This document shows positions 8,601 to 17,427 of a stretch of DNA of 64,000 nt, one piece after another (position 1 is the first letter of the stretch; each line of letters starts with the position of its first letter). The position numbers were made by a program, and so were the translations under genes. The notes beneath the pieces were generated by a model. That model had not been told where the DNA came from, did not search any database, and saw only the letters and a list, made by a program, of their open reading frames with translations. The DNA comes from Egibacteraceae bacterium (GTDB taxonomy: Bacteria; Actinomycetota; Nitriliruptoria; Euzebyales; Egibacteraceae), in contig JAUJMQ010000007.1 of NCBI GenBank assembly GCA_030446775.1, positions 5,569 through 69,568 of the forward strand, in the 5' to 3' direction.

Positions 8601-10060
8601 TCGGCCAGCAGGCGCTCCAGCAGTGCGGGCTCGACCTCGACGCCGAGCTCTGCGGCCGGCGCCGCGATGGCGCGGCTGAGAGCGGGACCGTGCAGCGGTG
8701 TGACCTCGAACCGCTCGCCCTCCGTCAGCGGCCACAGCGGCGACTCCATGAGTTCGGGATAGAAGTCAGCGCGCATCGTGACCACGACGACGCACCGGCG
8801 GACCCGCCGCAAGCCACCCAGCGCCTCCAGGAACTCCGTCCGCTCGGTCCGGTCAGCCTGGGCGAACACCTCCTCGAGCTGATCGACGACGAGCAGCAGC
8901 CGTCGCGCAGGCCCCGTCGCGAGCAACGCGTCGACGCGCTGGGCCGCAACCAGCGGGTCGGTCAAGGTGGTGGCGTCGCCCAGACCGAGGGTAGTTCCCA
9001 GAGCGGCGGGACCGGCGAAGACCAGCGAGGACTTGCCGGAGCCCGAGGGACCGACGATCAGCACGAAGCGGTGGTGGCGGAGGCGCTGAGCAAGGTCGGC
9101 GACCTCCTTCTCGCGGCCGCGGAAGAACCTCTTGTCGCCTTCGCCGAAGGTCGCCATCCCGGGGTAGGGGCAGTCGAGCTCCCCCGCGGGTGGGGCCACC
9201 GTGGGCGCGGTGATCGGTCCGGACGACGCCGGCTGCCAGTCGAGCTCGGGCGACTGCCGCAAAATCCGCTCGTACAGCCTCTGCAACTGCGGGCTGGGGT
9301 CGATGCCGAGCTCGTCGCCGAGTTCCCGCAGCGCCGCCTGGTAGGCGGCCAGGGCTTCGGCCTGCCGCTGACAGCGGTACAGGGCCAGCATGAGCTGGGC
9401 TCGCATCCGTTCCCGGAGGGGGTTTGCGCGAACCAGCTCCTGCAGGGGTCCCGCCATCTCGGCGTGATCGCCCAGCAGCAGCGCCGCCTCGGCGTGGTCC
9501 TCGATGGCGTCCAGTCGCAGGCTCTCCAGCCGGTCGACCTCGGCTGTCGCGAACGGTTCGTCGGCCAAGTCCGCCAGCGGCCTGCCACGCCACAGGCCGA
9601 GAGCCTCCGCCAGGCGTACTCGCGCCTCGCCTGCGGCCCCGCGCACCAGGGCGGCGCGTCCCTCGCTGACGAGCCGTTCGAACCGTCGCAGGTCGATCTG
9701 GTCGGGGTCGACGCGGAGGGCGTAGCCGGGACGGCGGGTCTCCAACACCAGCGCGCCTGCGGACCCGAGCGCGCGTCGCAGGTGCGACACGTAGGTGCGT
9801 ACGACCGCCTGTGCGGTCTCCGGAGGACTGCCTGCCCAGACCTCCTCGATGAGCCAGTCGCTGGCCACAACCGCCGGCGCATGCATGACCAGCAACGCGA
9901 GGACGGAGCGTTGCTTCACGCCACCAAGGTTCAGTAGGCGGCCTCCCGCCGCCACCTCTACCGGGCCCAGGAGCCGGAACTCCAGCCGGCCCGCCGCAAC
10001 GGTCGGTGGGACGTCCGACGTTGGGGTCAGCGAGGTCACGTCAACGCCTCCGCCTGCCAT
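5672..10060 (-). CDS. SARP (OmpR-type wHTH + BTAD) - STAND P-loop NTPase - 14x WD40 regulator, 1462 aa
   Basis: ATG 10060. The N-terminus LEFRLLGPVEV...RTYVSHLRRAL plus LWRGRPLADL...AYQAALRELGDELGIDPSPQL is a SARP/BTAD module. It is followed by CPYPGMATFGEGDKRFFRGREKE and Walker A GPSGSGKSS, with Walker B LLLVVDQLEE. I counted 14 WD40 units (GH..V..VAF.PDG..LASGS.D.T..LWD). The C-terminal tail is altered by the 55-bp duplication. Confidence 0.9.
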   Translation of the reverse strand: MAGGGVDVTSLTPTSDVPPTVAAGRLEFRLLGPVEVAAGGRLLNLGGVKQRSVLALLVMHAPAVVASDWLIEEVWAGSPPETAQAVVRTYVSHLRRALGSAGALVLETRRPGYALRVDPDQIDLRRFERLVSEGRAALVRGAAGEARVRLAEALGLWRGRPLADLADEPFATAEVDRLESLRLDAIEDHAEAALLLGDHAEMAGPLQELVRANPLRERMRAQLMLALYRCQRQAEALAAYQAALRELGDELGIDPSPQLQRLYERILRQSPELDWQPASSGPITAPTVAPPAGELDCPYPGMATFGEGDKRFFRGREKEVADLAQRLRHHRFVLIVGPSGSGKSSLVFAGPAALGTTLGLGDATTLTDPLVAAQRVDALLATGPARRLLLVVDQLEEVFAQADRTERTEFLEALGGLRRVRRCVVVVTMRADFYPELMESPLWPLTEGERFEVTPLHGPALSRAIAAPAAELGVEVEPALLERLLADAAQEPGVLPLVQETMVLLWERRDGHRLTLDSYESLGRDGVSGLAVALATKADATLAELPPAEREVARRILLRLVQVGDGRDDTRRQQPVEHLRAAADDPRLFDRTLRHLAASRLLTLSAGEGDLGPRVDLAHEALIAGWPTLGRWIEDDRESLRVQRQIAEDSHDWHALGRDPGSLYRGARLAAAISWYDQHVGELTALECDFLEASREAAAVELSEARRQAAQRLRTARRMRRLATGFAVLLVLSLVAGSQAVVWSRRAGFQASVATDRYLAARAVDELADRLDRSLLLALESLRHRNHVEGYSALLAGLDRSRAIRAFLNGHAGRAPAVAFDAGGTLLATGSDHGTVFLWEVDGGQRLGEPLAGHTGPVEAVAFTPEGSTLLSGSLDGTIRSWDVRARRESREPLRGHVGAVRTIAVHPDGGVLASGGDDGSVILWDLAAGRPSGEPLAGLDTPVTSVAFSPDGRLVAAAGAGGVILVWDVQTGRRHGSPLTGHTGPVRTVAFAPDGRTIASGGDDGTIRLWNVSDGTALGAPLFGDDDRIRSVTYRPDGRMLAAGTDSSRVVLWDLQTRAQVEPSLDGHGGPVRSVAFAPDGRTLASGSNDGTVVLWDTVAPSGLLRPLGGHADWVRDVVFSSDGTLVSGAQDGSLRVWDPEGGRAGSRRLRGHEAPVSGVTLTPDQQRVVSWAEDGSVVLQHFRGRRDSRPVALPGDRPLVSGALSPDGGTLATVDDKGAIVLRDIPSGRPRGGPLRGHEGPVLAVAFSPDGARLASAGDDRTVRLWDVTTGGPIGAPLRAHDLAVRTLDFSPDGRVLASGGNDGRIYVWDLESGRPLGEPLTSHDGPIFALAFSPDGTTFASGSLDRTIILWDAASRVRIGEPLAGHESVIRTVAYRPDGRALASGAEDQRIILWDLDRESWRRRACTVANRNLTVSEWNSLVGAQRPYARSCPVGVELPRRRAAPVRPQLPRRRIAAAG
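5699..5808. repeat. Perfect 55-bp tandem duplication (2 copies) inside the 3-prime end of the SARP-STAND-WD40 gene
   Basis: 5699-5753 and 5754-5808 are identical (gggcagctgcgggcgtacgggcgctgcgcgccgacgagggagttccactccgaca). Confidence 0.95.
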
Positions 10061-10297
10061 CAGCTCCCCATGGCTGACGGTCGCGGCAGGGTATGCGGAC
10101 GACTTTCGGCTGACCACGGATCGGCGGGGACGACCCGCGCGGTTGAGCGCAGAGAGCCTGCCCCGCCGTGTCACCGCGCAGTGGGCGCACGCTCGCGGCG
10201 ACGCGCTCGTCCAAGACCCCCGACTTTCGGCTCGAGCGTCCCGGCGGCCGTGGACCCCTTGCCCGGTCTGCGGCCTTTGGTGGCCTCCTCCACGCCG

Positions 10298-10330
10298 CTT
10301 CAACACCGGCTCTGCGGTCGTTCAACGCGC
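10298..10330 (+). promoter_or_regulatory. Three 11-nt direct-repeat units (cTTCAacaccg / gctctgcggtc / GTTCAacgcgc), PHO-box/SARP-type candidate operator
   Basis: The site lies in the divergent region between the SARP-STAND gene (start 10060) and the NHL gene (start 10454). It shares an extended module (10264-10330) with the phoD upstream region. Confidence 0.4.
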
Positions 10331-10453
10331 CTGGTCCAGCGTCAGCTCACCGTACGGCGCGGGGCCTGCGTGCCCTCGGGACCGGACGGTGCGCTGGCCC
10401 CCGTGGGGCCGCCGCGGCGGGAGATGTCGCGTGACGAACGTGGGAGGCACACC

Positions 10454-12335
10454 ATGGATGCTGCGAACAGGGCCATCGTCCGGCTGTCGCCCGGTCGCCA
10501 GGCCGCATGGGAACCGGCGAACCAGCAGTGGCTGCGTCGGCTGCCGGTGTGGCTGTGGGCGGTGGCGGTGGCGGTCGCGTCGCTGGGCGGGGTCGCTCCC
10601 GGGGCGGAGGCACAGACGACCGCGGCCTCGGTGACGGCCGCGCCAACCTGGGTGCGGCAGATCGGCGGGTCGGGACGGGCGGAGATGTATCCGTCGGGGG
10701 TGGAGGTCGCGCGGGGCTCGCGGGGGGCGGCGAGCGGCCAGCGTGGGTGGGTGTTCGTCGCCGACACCGGCAACGACCGGGTTGCCGCCTACGCCGGGAG
10801 CGGGCGGTTGTTATGGCGGTCCGGGATCCGCGGCCGCGGCAGGGGCCAGTTCTCCGAGCCGCGTGACGTGGCGTATCTCAACGGCAGGGTGTACGTGGCG
10901 GACACCGGCAACAACCGCGTGCAGGTGCTGGACGCCGCGACGGGTCGGTGGCTGGCGACGTGGCCGACCCGGTTCGGCGCGGCGATGGGAATCACGGCGG
11001 GCAGGAACGGGGCGGGGGCGTGGCGGCTGGTGGTGGCCGACGGCAAGCACAGCCGCATGTCGATCCACGCCCCGGCCGATACCACGCGCACCTATGTGGG
11101 GTCGTTCGGCAAGAGCGACGGGCAGCTCAACGAGCCGCGCGACGGCGCGTTCGACAGCAAGGGCAACCTGTACGTGGCGGACTTCCGCAACCACCGGGTG
11201 GCGAAGTTCGACGCGTCGTACCGCTGGGTGCGCAGCTGGGGACGGCTCGGGGGTGATCCCGGTCAGTTCCGCGGTCCGTACGGCATCGAGGTCGATGACG
11301 CCGATGGGGTGTACGTCGCCGACGCGAACAACCAGCGCATCCAGAAGCTGACGACCAGCGGCGCGTTCGTGCGGTCGTGGGGGTCGGCCGGCACGCGCGC
11401 CGGACAGCCTGCGGCAGCTGCGCAACGTCGCGGTGGGTGGGGGCGCGAACCCCGATGTGTTCGCCGTGGACTTGTGGGGCTACAAGGCCGAGCAGTGGGG
11501 GCAGGGCGGCGCGCACAAGCGCACCTTCGCCGGGCAGGCGCCGCCGCTGGGGCGCTTCAACAAGCCGTACGGGCTGGCGTTGGGCGGGGGCAAGGTCTAC
11601 GTCGCTGACACCGTCCACCACCGCATCCAGCGCTTCAGCGGCGGCGGGCTGTTCGAGTCGTCGTTCGGCGACCGCGGCTGGGCGCCCAACCTCAACGGGT
11701 TGAACTGGCCGCGCGGGGTGGCCTACGACGCCGCCCGCAACATGGTGTGGGTCGCTGACACCAAGAACTGGCGGGTCACCGAGTTCACGTCGGCCGGGGC
11801 GCCGACGGGGGTCACGTACGGCAAGCTCGGCGCGGGCGACGGCGGCCTGAACTGGCCGTCGACGATCGCGCCGGTGGGCAACGGCGTGGTCATCGCCGAC
11901 ACCTACAACCACCGCATCGTGCGCTGGGATCCGGACACCGGAACCCGCTGGACCGCCACGGGCTTCAAGTACCCCAAGGACGTCAAGGTCCACGGCTCCA
12001 GCGTGTACGTCGCCGACGCGCTGAACCGGCGCATCGTGACCCTGCGGCTGTCCGACGGGGCGCGGCTGAGCGCCTTCGGCGCCGGCGTGCTGCACCGGGT
12101 CGAAGGGGTCGTGGTCGCCTCCGACGGCGACGTCTGGGTGACCGACACGGCAGCCAACCGCCTGGTCGAGTTCAGCCCCTCGGGTGCGGTCAAGCAGACC
12201 TTCGGGTCCAAGGGCGCTGCCCACGGGCAGTTCTGGGAGCCGACCAACCTGCAGCTGCGACGCGACTCGACCGGTGACCTGCTGTACGTCGCCGACACGT
12301 TCAACGACCGCATCGAAGTGTTCCGCATCCAGTAG
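10454..12335 (+). pseudogene. Secreted NHL-repeat (beta-propeller) protein, reading frame broken near 11405
   Basis: ATG 10454 follows GGGAGG. Signal peptide: WLWAVAVAVASLGGVAPGAEA. There are repeated NHL units (GQFSEPRDVAY..GRVYVADTGNNRVQVL, GQLNEPRDGAFDSKGNLYVADFRNHRVAKF and others). ORF 10070..11608 and ORF 11433..12335 join if one nt is removed at ggacagCctgcgg, giving ..GTRAGQLRQLRNVAVGG... Confidence 0.75.
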
Positions 12336-12362
12336 AACCCGCGGTCGGATCAAAGCACGATC

Positions 12363-13075
12363 GTGAGCACCACCTTCACGGCAGCCCTTCCCCAGTGGCT
12401 GGGGGCCCCGCCCGTCGCCACGGCGGCGGCCATCCTCGCAGCTGCCCCCGCCGGCGTCGGGGGGGCGACGCCGGCGGGGGCGTTCGCCACCGCGTACGGC
12501 TTCCGCGGTCAAGCGGGGGTCTATCCGTACGGGATGGACCGCAACGACGCCAACGCCATCTTGGGTGGGCGGCGTCTGGAACGACGGGTCAAGCCGTTCG
12601 CCCATGAGCGGGTCACCGGCGGGCGGGACGGTCTTCACCGGCAGGGAGGTTCGAGCTGCCCAACGACCGCATCGAGGTGTTCGACGTCGAGGCCGACCCG
12701 CGGCGGGGCAACAGCGAGCGCACCCGGCCAACGAGGCGGACTCGGGGGTGGACCACTACCGCGCCAACGGGACATGAGTGAGCTCAACCGTCCCACGGGG
12801 TCATCCTGAGCCTCGCGAAGCGTCGACTGTACGTCAGCTACTTGTACAACCGCCGCGTTGCCCGGATCCGGCTCAGCGTGGATGGATACCCGACCGCGAC
12901 CGCCGACCTGGTGCCCACGGGCGGCGACACGGCGACGGGTTGGCCAGACGATCAACCCCGCGCCACTGGCCTTCGATCGTCGCGACGGCAAGCCGTACAT
13001 CAGCGACTTCAACCGGCGCGCGTACGCCTACATCATCAGCGTGAGCCCTGGTTGTGGGTGCAACCGGGGTAAGCC
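12363..13075 (+). pseudogene. Degenerate second NHL/SMP-30-like repeat gene, fragments in all three frames
   Basis: The start is signal-peptide-like (VSTTFTAALPQWLGAPPVATAAAILAAAPA). Repeat relics follow in different frames: FELPNDRIEVFDV, LYVSYLYNRRVARIRLSV, PLAFDRRDGKPYISDFNRRAYAYIISV. No single frame is open across the region. Confidence 0.45.
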
Positions 13076-13418
13076 GGCGCCTTCAGGAATCCGGTCGGTT
13101 CAGCCAGACCTCCACGATGAGGGGTCGTGGACGTCGAGAAGTGACTCCTCCCGCTCCCCGCTGTGCTTGCAACCTATGCCTGACGGTCGTCGCAGCGAAC
13201 GCCCCGGACACGTCGGTCACCAGGGAAACCGGCGAGCAGGACATACCGGGTAGCAGCGGAGAGCCGCTCGGGGCGCGCCCTCGCAAAGCGGCTCCACAGC
13301 TCAGCACGTCTGGCGCCGGGCGGCAATGCAAGCCCCGGCTGACCGTCTGTGTGTGGCCTGTCAGCGCTCCGTCGGTCTGCGCCTCTTGCGCCCCCGACCG
13401 CCGGTCCGTTCCACGCCG

Positions 13419-13462
13419 GTTCAACGCCGGTTCAACGCCGGCTCTGCCGTCCTTCAACACCA
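13419..13462 (+). promoter_or_regulatory. Four contiguous 11-nt direct-repeat units (GTTCAacgccg x2, gctctgccgtc, cTTCAacacca), PHO-box-like operator upstream of phoD-like gene
   Basis: The 11-nt phasing is exact and the GTTCA core matches the Streptomyces PhoP direct-repeat-unit core. The site is 155-198 nt upstream of ATG 13617 of a Tat-secreted PhoD-family phosphatase. Confidence 0.5.
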
Positions 13463-13616
13463 CTCGCGCACTGTCGCTCCGCAGCACCTGACGCGGCCGG
13501 CCTCGCCAGACCGCCCGGGGGCTGGGGGGACATCGCGGACACGGCGGCTGGCGGACAGGGGGCGCCAGCCGCCGAGGCGGGAGGTGCGGCCTAGCCGCAC
13601 CCCAGGAGGAACACCC

Positions 13617-14951
13617 ATGGCGGAGAGGAAACGAACGGGTCGTACAGGCGTCTCCCGACGCGAGTTCCTGCGCGCGACAGCAGCACTGGCCGCAGGATCC
13701 ACGCTGCGAGGTGGCGGTCCGGACGCAGCAGCAGCCCGCCCGCGAGAAGTCGGCGCAGCAGACGATGAGTCCGCGGCTCCACTTCCGGACGGTGCGTCCG
13801 CAACGCTCACCGACGGCGGGATGACCATTACTGCCAAAGCCACCGGCCCGGCACGCATCAAGCTCCTCGTCTGGCCGACGGCCCACCCGGCATCGATCAC
13901 CGAAACGGCATGGAAGAACACGAATGCTTCTCAGGCGGCGACCTTCAAGCTCAACGCAGTGGGCACGGCGGGGCACGGCTGGAGCTGGCGTGCGGTGATC
14001 CAGGATCAGGCCGCTGTCGGCGCGGCAACGCAGGACGCCGTCCGTACGGTTCCTTGGAGACCCAAGAAGGGCGTGAACGCCAACTTCAGGTTTGTCGTGA
14101 GCTCTTGCATGGTGCTGGGTCTGCCGGCTCCTGCGCTGCGTGTGGCTGTCAGTGCCAACCCCGTCTTCTTCGGCATGATCGGGGATATGGGTTACGTCGA
14201 CACCAAAAAGCGGGCGGCCCAGGACTACAGGTTGTACTCGAACCAGTTCAGGGACTTCCTCAACCACGCAGACTCCAGGCCTCTGCTCGCCAAGACCGCG
14301 TTGGTCGGCATGCAAGACGACCATGACTATGGTCAGGATGAATGCGACCGGACGAGCTGGAAGCCCTATGCCGCGCAGGCGTTCGCGGATCTCATCCCAG
14401 GCGCGGTCGCTACCGGAATCAGCTACCGGAAGTGGTCGGTTGGCGCCGCGGACTTCTTCCTCCTCGACAATCGCCGCTTCCAAGATCCCAAGGAGGGCCC
14501 GTTCGAGAACGGGCAGTATCACAGCGTGCTCGGGAACAGACAGCGCACCTGGCTTACCAACAACCTCGCTGCCTCGACCGCACGCGTGAAGTTCGTCCTG
14601 GCGCCCATGACCTTCACTTGGTACTGGTCCGACGGCGAGAAGAAGGCGCTCGTGAACTTCATCGAGCGGAACGTCAGCGGGAAAGTGATCTTCTGCACCG
14701 GTGACAAGCACGCCGCTGCGCTGGTCCGACCGAGCACTAAGACGTACCAGATGCTCGGTGGTCCGATCAACATTGATGTGAAGAGTCCGACGCATTACCG
14801 TCCAAACGTGCTTTGGACTGAGAACGGAACGGGAACGCCCTATAGCAACGTCATCGGCTTGGTGCATGTAGCCACAACGAGTAACCGGGTGCTGCTCCGC
14901 TTGATGCGCGAGGACGGCGTCGAGCTGGCACGTGTTGCGGTGCCGATCTGA
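13617..14951 (+). CDS. phoD: Tat-secreted PhoD-family alkaline phosphatase/phosphodiesterase
   Basis: ATG 13617 follows AGGAGGA. Twin-arginine signal: GVSRREFLRATAALAAGS. Metallophosphatase-type motifs: GDMGY, MQDDHDYGQDE, FCTGDKHAAAL. GC3 is visibly lower than in the neighbours (AGG, AGA, TTG and T-ending codons). Confidence 0.8.
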   Translation: MAERKRTGRTGVSRREFLRATAALAAGSTLRGGGPDAAAARPREVGAADDESAAPLPDGASATLTDGGMTITAKATGPARIKLLVWPTAHPASITETAWKNTNASQAATFKLNAVGTAGHGWSWRAVIQDQAAVGAATQDAVRTVPWRPKKGVNANFRFVVSSCMVLGLPAPALRVAVSANPVFFGMIGDMGYVDTKKRAAQDYRLYSNQFRDFLNHADSRPLLAKTALVGMQDDHDYGQDECDRTSWKPYAAQAFADLIPGAVATGISYRKWSVGAADFFLLDNRRFQDPKEGPFENGQYHSVLGNRQRTWLTNNLAASTARVKFVLAPMTFTWYWSDGEKKALVNFIERNVSGKVIFCTGDKHAAALVRPSTKTYQMLGGPINIDVKSPTHYRPNVLWTENGTGTPYSNVIGLVHVATTSNRVLLRLMREDGVELARVAVPI

Positions 14952-15010
14952 GGCAGCGTCGAACCGGCCGTCCCAGGGTTTGGCGTCCGTCGAGGTGAAG
15001 GCGACGACGC

Positions 15011-15026
15011 GGTCCGACGGCGGACC
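15011..15026 (+). terminator. Weak hairpin downstream of phoD (ggtccg acgg cggacc, then gacgTTTgc)
   Basis: A 6-bp stem with a 4-nt loop lies 60 nt after the stop, with only a short T tract. Confidence 0.25.
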
Positions 15027-15070
15027 GACGTTTGCACCAAGATGACCGGGCGAGATGCTATGGTGCTGCC

Positions 15071-15331
15071 ATGCGCACGACGGTCCGGATCGACGACGAG
15101 CTGTACCGCACGCTGAAGGAGCGGGCAGCACGGACGGGACGCACGGTCGGCGAGATCGTCGAGGACGCGATCCGGCGATCGTTCGCCGCCGCTGACGTGA
15201 GCAGCGACGAGCCGCTGCCGCCGCTCCCGGTCCACGGGGGCAGCGGGGTGCTGCCCGGTGTCGACCTCACCAGCAACGCGGCGTTGCGCGACCTGATGGA
15301 CGGTGACGAGCCCGTCGATGCGCTGCGTTGA
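15071..15331 (+). CDS. vapB: VapB-type antitoxin (ribbon-helix-helix)
   Basis: MRTTVRIDDELYRTLKERAARTGRTVGEIVEDAIRRS is a typical RHH/CopG N-terminus. The gene overlaps the downstream PIN gene by 14 nt. Confidence 0.8.
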   Translation: MRTTVRIDDELYRTLKERAARTGRTVGEIVEDAIRRSFAAADVSSDEPLPPLPVHGGSGVLPGVDLTSNAALRDLMDGDEPVDALR

Positions 15332-15752
15332 CGTCAACGTCCTCGTCTACGCCCATCGACCGGAATCTCCCGATCACCATGACTATCGCGCATGGCTCGA
15401 CGACGCGCGCACCGGCGACGAGCCCCTGGGCGTCAGCGATCTGGTGCTGTCGGGATTCCTCCGGATCGTGACCCATCCCCGCGTGTTCCGCGACCCGAGT
15501 CCGCTGGACACCGCGCTGGACTTCGCCGAGGCGTTGCGGACCGCACCCAGCGCGCTGACGGTCGCCCCCGGGTCGCGGCACTGGGCCATCTTCGCGCGGC
15601 TGTGTCGCTCCGCGGACGCCCGCGGCAACCTGGTGCCCGACGCCTACCTCGCGGCCATGGCGATGGAGCGGGGCGCAACGTGGTACTCCGCGGACCGCAG
15701 CTTCGCGCGGTTCTCCGGTCTCCGGTGGCGCCACCCGCTCGAGGCGCCGTGA
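15318..15752 (+). CDS. vapC: VapC-type PIN-domain ribonuclease toxin
   Basis: MRCVDVNVLVYAH (first acidic residue), DLVLSGFLRIVTHP, VPDAYLAAMAMERG and SADRSFARF are PIN signature positions. The ATG at 15318 lies inside the vapB 3-prime end. Confidence 0.8.
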   Translation: MRCVDVNVLVYAHRPESPDHHDYRAWLDDARTGDEPLGVSDLVLSGFLRIVTHPRVFRDPSPLDTALDFAEALRTAPSALTVAPGSRHWAIFARLCRSADARGNLVPDAYLAAMAMERGATWYSADRSFARFSGLRWRHPLEAP

Positions 15753-15837
15753 GCGACCGCCTCGCCAGGCGGGTCCGATCACGGGCGCCCGCGCACCCTT
15801 GGCATCAGTCGCGCCGGGTGCACGATCCCGGCGGACG

Positions 15838-17202
15838 CTACCCCGCGACGACCGGCACGCGTGCCATGGCGTCGCGGACCTCCTGCTTGGGATAGTCCAG
15901 GTCGACGAGCTCGCCGCGGAAGAACGCGTCGTAGGCGCCCATGTCGAAGTGGCCGTGGCCGCACATCGCGGTGAGGATGACCTTCTGTTCGCCGGTCTCG
16001 GTGCAGCGCTTGGCCTCCCGGATCGCCGCGGCGATGGGGTGCGGCGGCTCGGGCGCCGGCACGATCCCCTCGGTGCGGGCGAACAGCACGCCCGCCTCGA
16101 AGCACTCGACCTGGGCGATCGCCTCGGCCTCGACCAGCCCCAGCTCCAGGATGTGGCTGAGCAGCGGGGACATGCCGTGGTAGCGCAGACCGCCCGCGTG
16201 GATCGGCTCGGGCACGAAGTCGTGCCCGAGCGTGTGCATCTTGATCAACGGCGTCATCCCCGCGGTGTCACCGAAGTCGTAGCGGTACTCCCCCATCGTC
16301 AGGCTTGGGCACGCGGCCGGCTCCACGCAGCGGATCGTGGGGGCGAGCCGGCCCGCCAGCTTCTCGCGCAGGAACGGAAACGACAGCCCGGCGAAGTTCG
16401 AGCCGCCGCCGGTGCAGCCGACGATGACGTCCGGCGTGTCGCCGACCTTGGCGAGCTGGGCGAGGGCCTCCTCCCCGATGACCGTCTGGTGCAACAGCAC
16501 GTGGTTGAGCACGCTGCCCAGGGCGTAGCGGGTGCCGGGGTCGGAGGCGGCGACCTCCACCGCCTCGCTGATCGCGATCCCGAGGCTGCCGGGGCTGTCG
16601 GGGTGCTCGGCGAGGATCGCCCGGCCGGCGCCCGTCAGCTCCGACGGGCTGGAGTGCACCGTGGCCCCCCACACCTCCATCAGCGACTTGCGGTACGGCT
16701 TGTGCAGGTAGGACGCGGCGACCTGCCACACCTCGCAGTCCAGGCCGAACTGGCTGCACGCGAAGGCCAGGGCGCTGCCCCACTGGCCGGCACCGGTCTC
16801 GGTCGTCAGCCGGCGCACCCCCTCGGCGGCGTTGTAGTAGGCCTGCGGCACCGCCGTGTTCGGCTTGTGCGAGCCGGCCGGGCTGACACCCTCGTACTTG
16901 TAGTAGATGCGCGCCGGAGTCCCGAGCGCGCGCTCCAGGCGCCGGGCCCGGTACAGCGGCGAGGGCCGCCACAGCCGGTAGATGTCCAGGATCTCGCCGG
17001 GGATGTCGATGTACCGCTCGGTCGACACCTCCTGGGCGATCAGCGCCATCGGGAACAGCGGCGCCAGGTCGTCGGGCCCGACCGGCTCGTGCGTGCCGGG
17101 GTGCAGCACCGGCGGCGGCGGCTCGGGCAGGTCGCCGACGATGTTGTACCAGCGGGTCGGCATCTCGGACTCGTCGAGGAGAATCCTGGTCGGCTCGGCC
17201 AC
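15838..17202 (-). CDS. TrpB2-type tryptophan synthase beta-like PLP enzyme
   Basis: GTG 17202 follows AAGGGGGA. Motifs: [42 protein letters not shown] (PLP lysine), [11 protein letters not shown]. Confidence 0.85.
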   Translation of the reverse strand: MAEPTRILLDESEMPTRWYNIVGDLPEPPPPVLHPGTHEPVGPDDLAPLFPMALIAQEVSTERYIDIPGEILDIYRLWRPSPLYRARRLERALGTPARIYYKYEGVSPAGSHKPNTAVPQAYYNAAEGVRRLTTETGAGQWGSALAFACSQFGLDCEVWQVAASYLHKPYRKSLMEVWGATVHSSPSELTGAGRAILAEHPDSPGSLGIAISEAVEVAASDPGTRYALGSVLNHVLLHQTVIGEEALAQLAKVGDTPDVIVGCTGGGSNFAGLSFPFLREKLAGRLAPTIRCVEPAACPSLTMGEYRYDFGDTAGMTPLIKMHTLGHDFVPEPIHAGGLRYHGMSPLLSHILELGLVEAEAIAQVECFEAGVLFARTEGIVPAPEPPHPIAAAIREAKRCTETGEQKVILTAMCGHGHFDMGAYDAFFRGELVDLDYPKQEVRDAMARVPVVAG

Positions 17203-17427
17203 GTCGTCCCCCTTGCGCGTCTGACGTCCTCCTGGCCGGCCGAACCTACTCCCGGCTCCAAGGGCGTCCAGACACCGGCCGAATCGGCTCCGCGACGACG
17301 TGGGGTCCGCTCCGGTGCGGTGACTCGTGGGCACCTCGGCCGCCCTCGCGCTCGTCCACCACGCGGAACCGGCACGTCATCACCGAGGGCTACGACAACC
17401 GGGAGGTCTCGGCGACTGCCTGGACGG

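Noticed and set aside
5111-9937. 1608-aa plus-strand ORF
   Set aside because: It is antisense to the well-supported SARP-STAND-WD40 gene. The product is Arg/Pro/Gly/Ala-rich with no recognisable motif. This is a typical shadow ORF of high-GC DNA.
12363-12809. 148-aa ORF as an intact secreted protein
   Set aside because: After a plausible signal peptide the translation becomes low-complexity, and NHL-like relics appear in the other frames. It is treated as part of a decayed gene.
13083-15131. 682-aa minus-strand ORF
   Set aside because: It is antisense to the PhoD-family gene, which has a Tat signal, an RBS and catalytic motifs. The antisense ORF shows no motifs.
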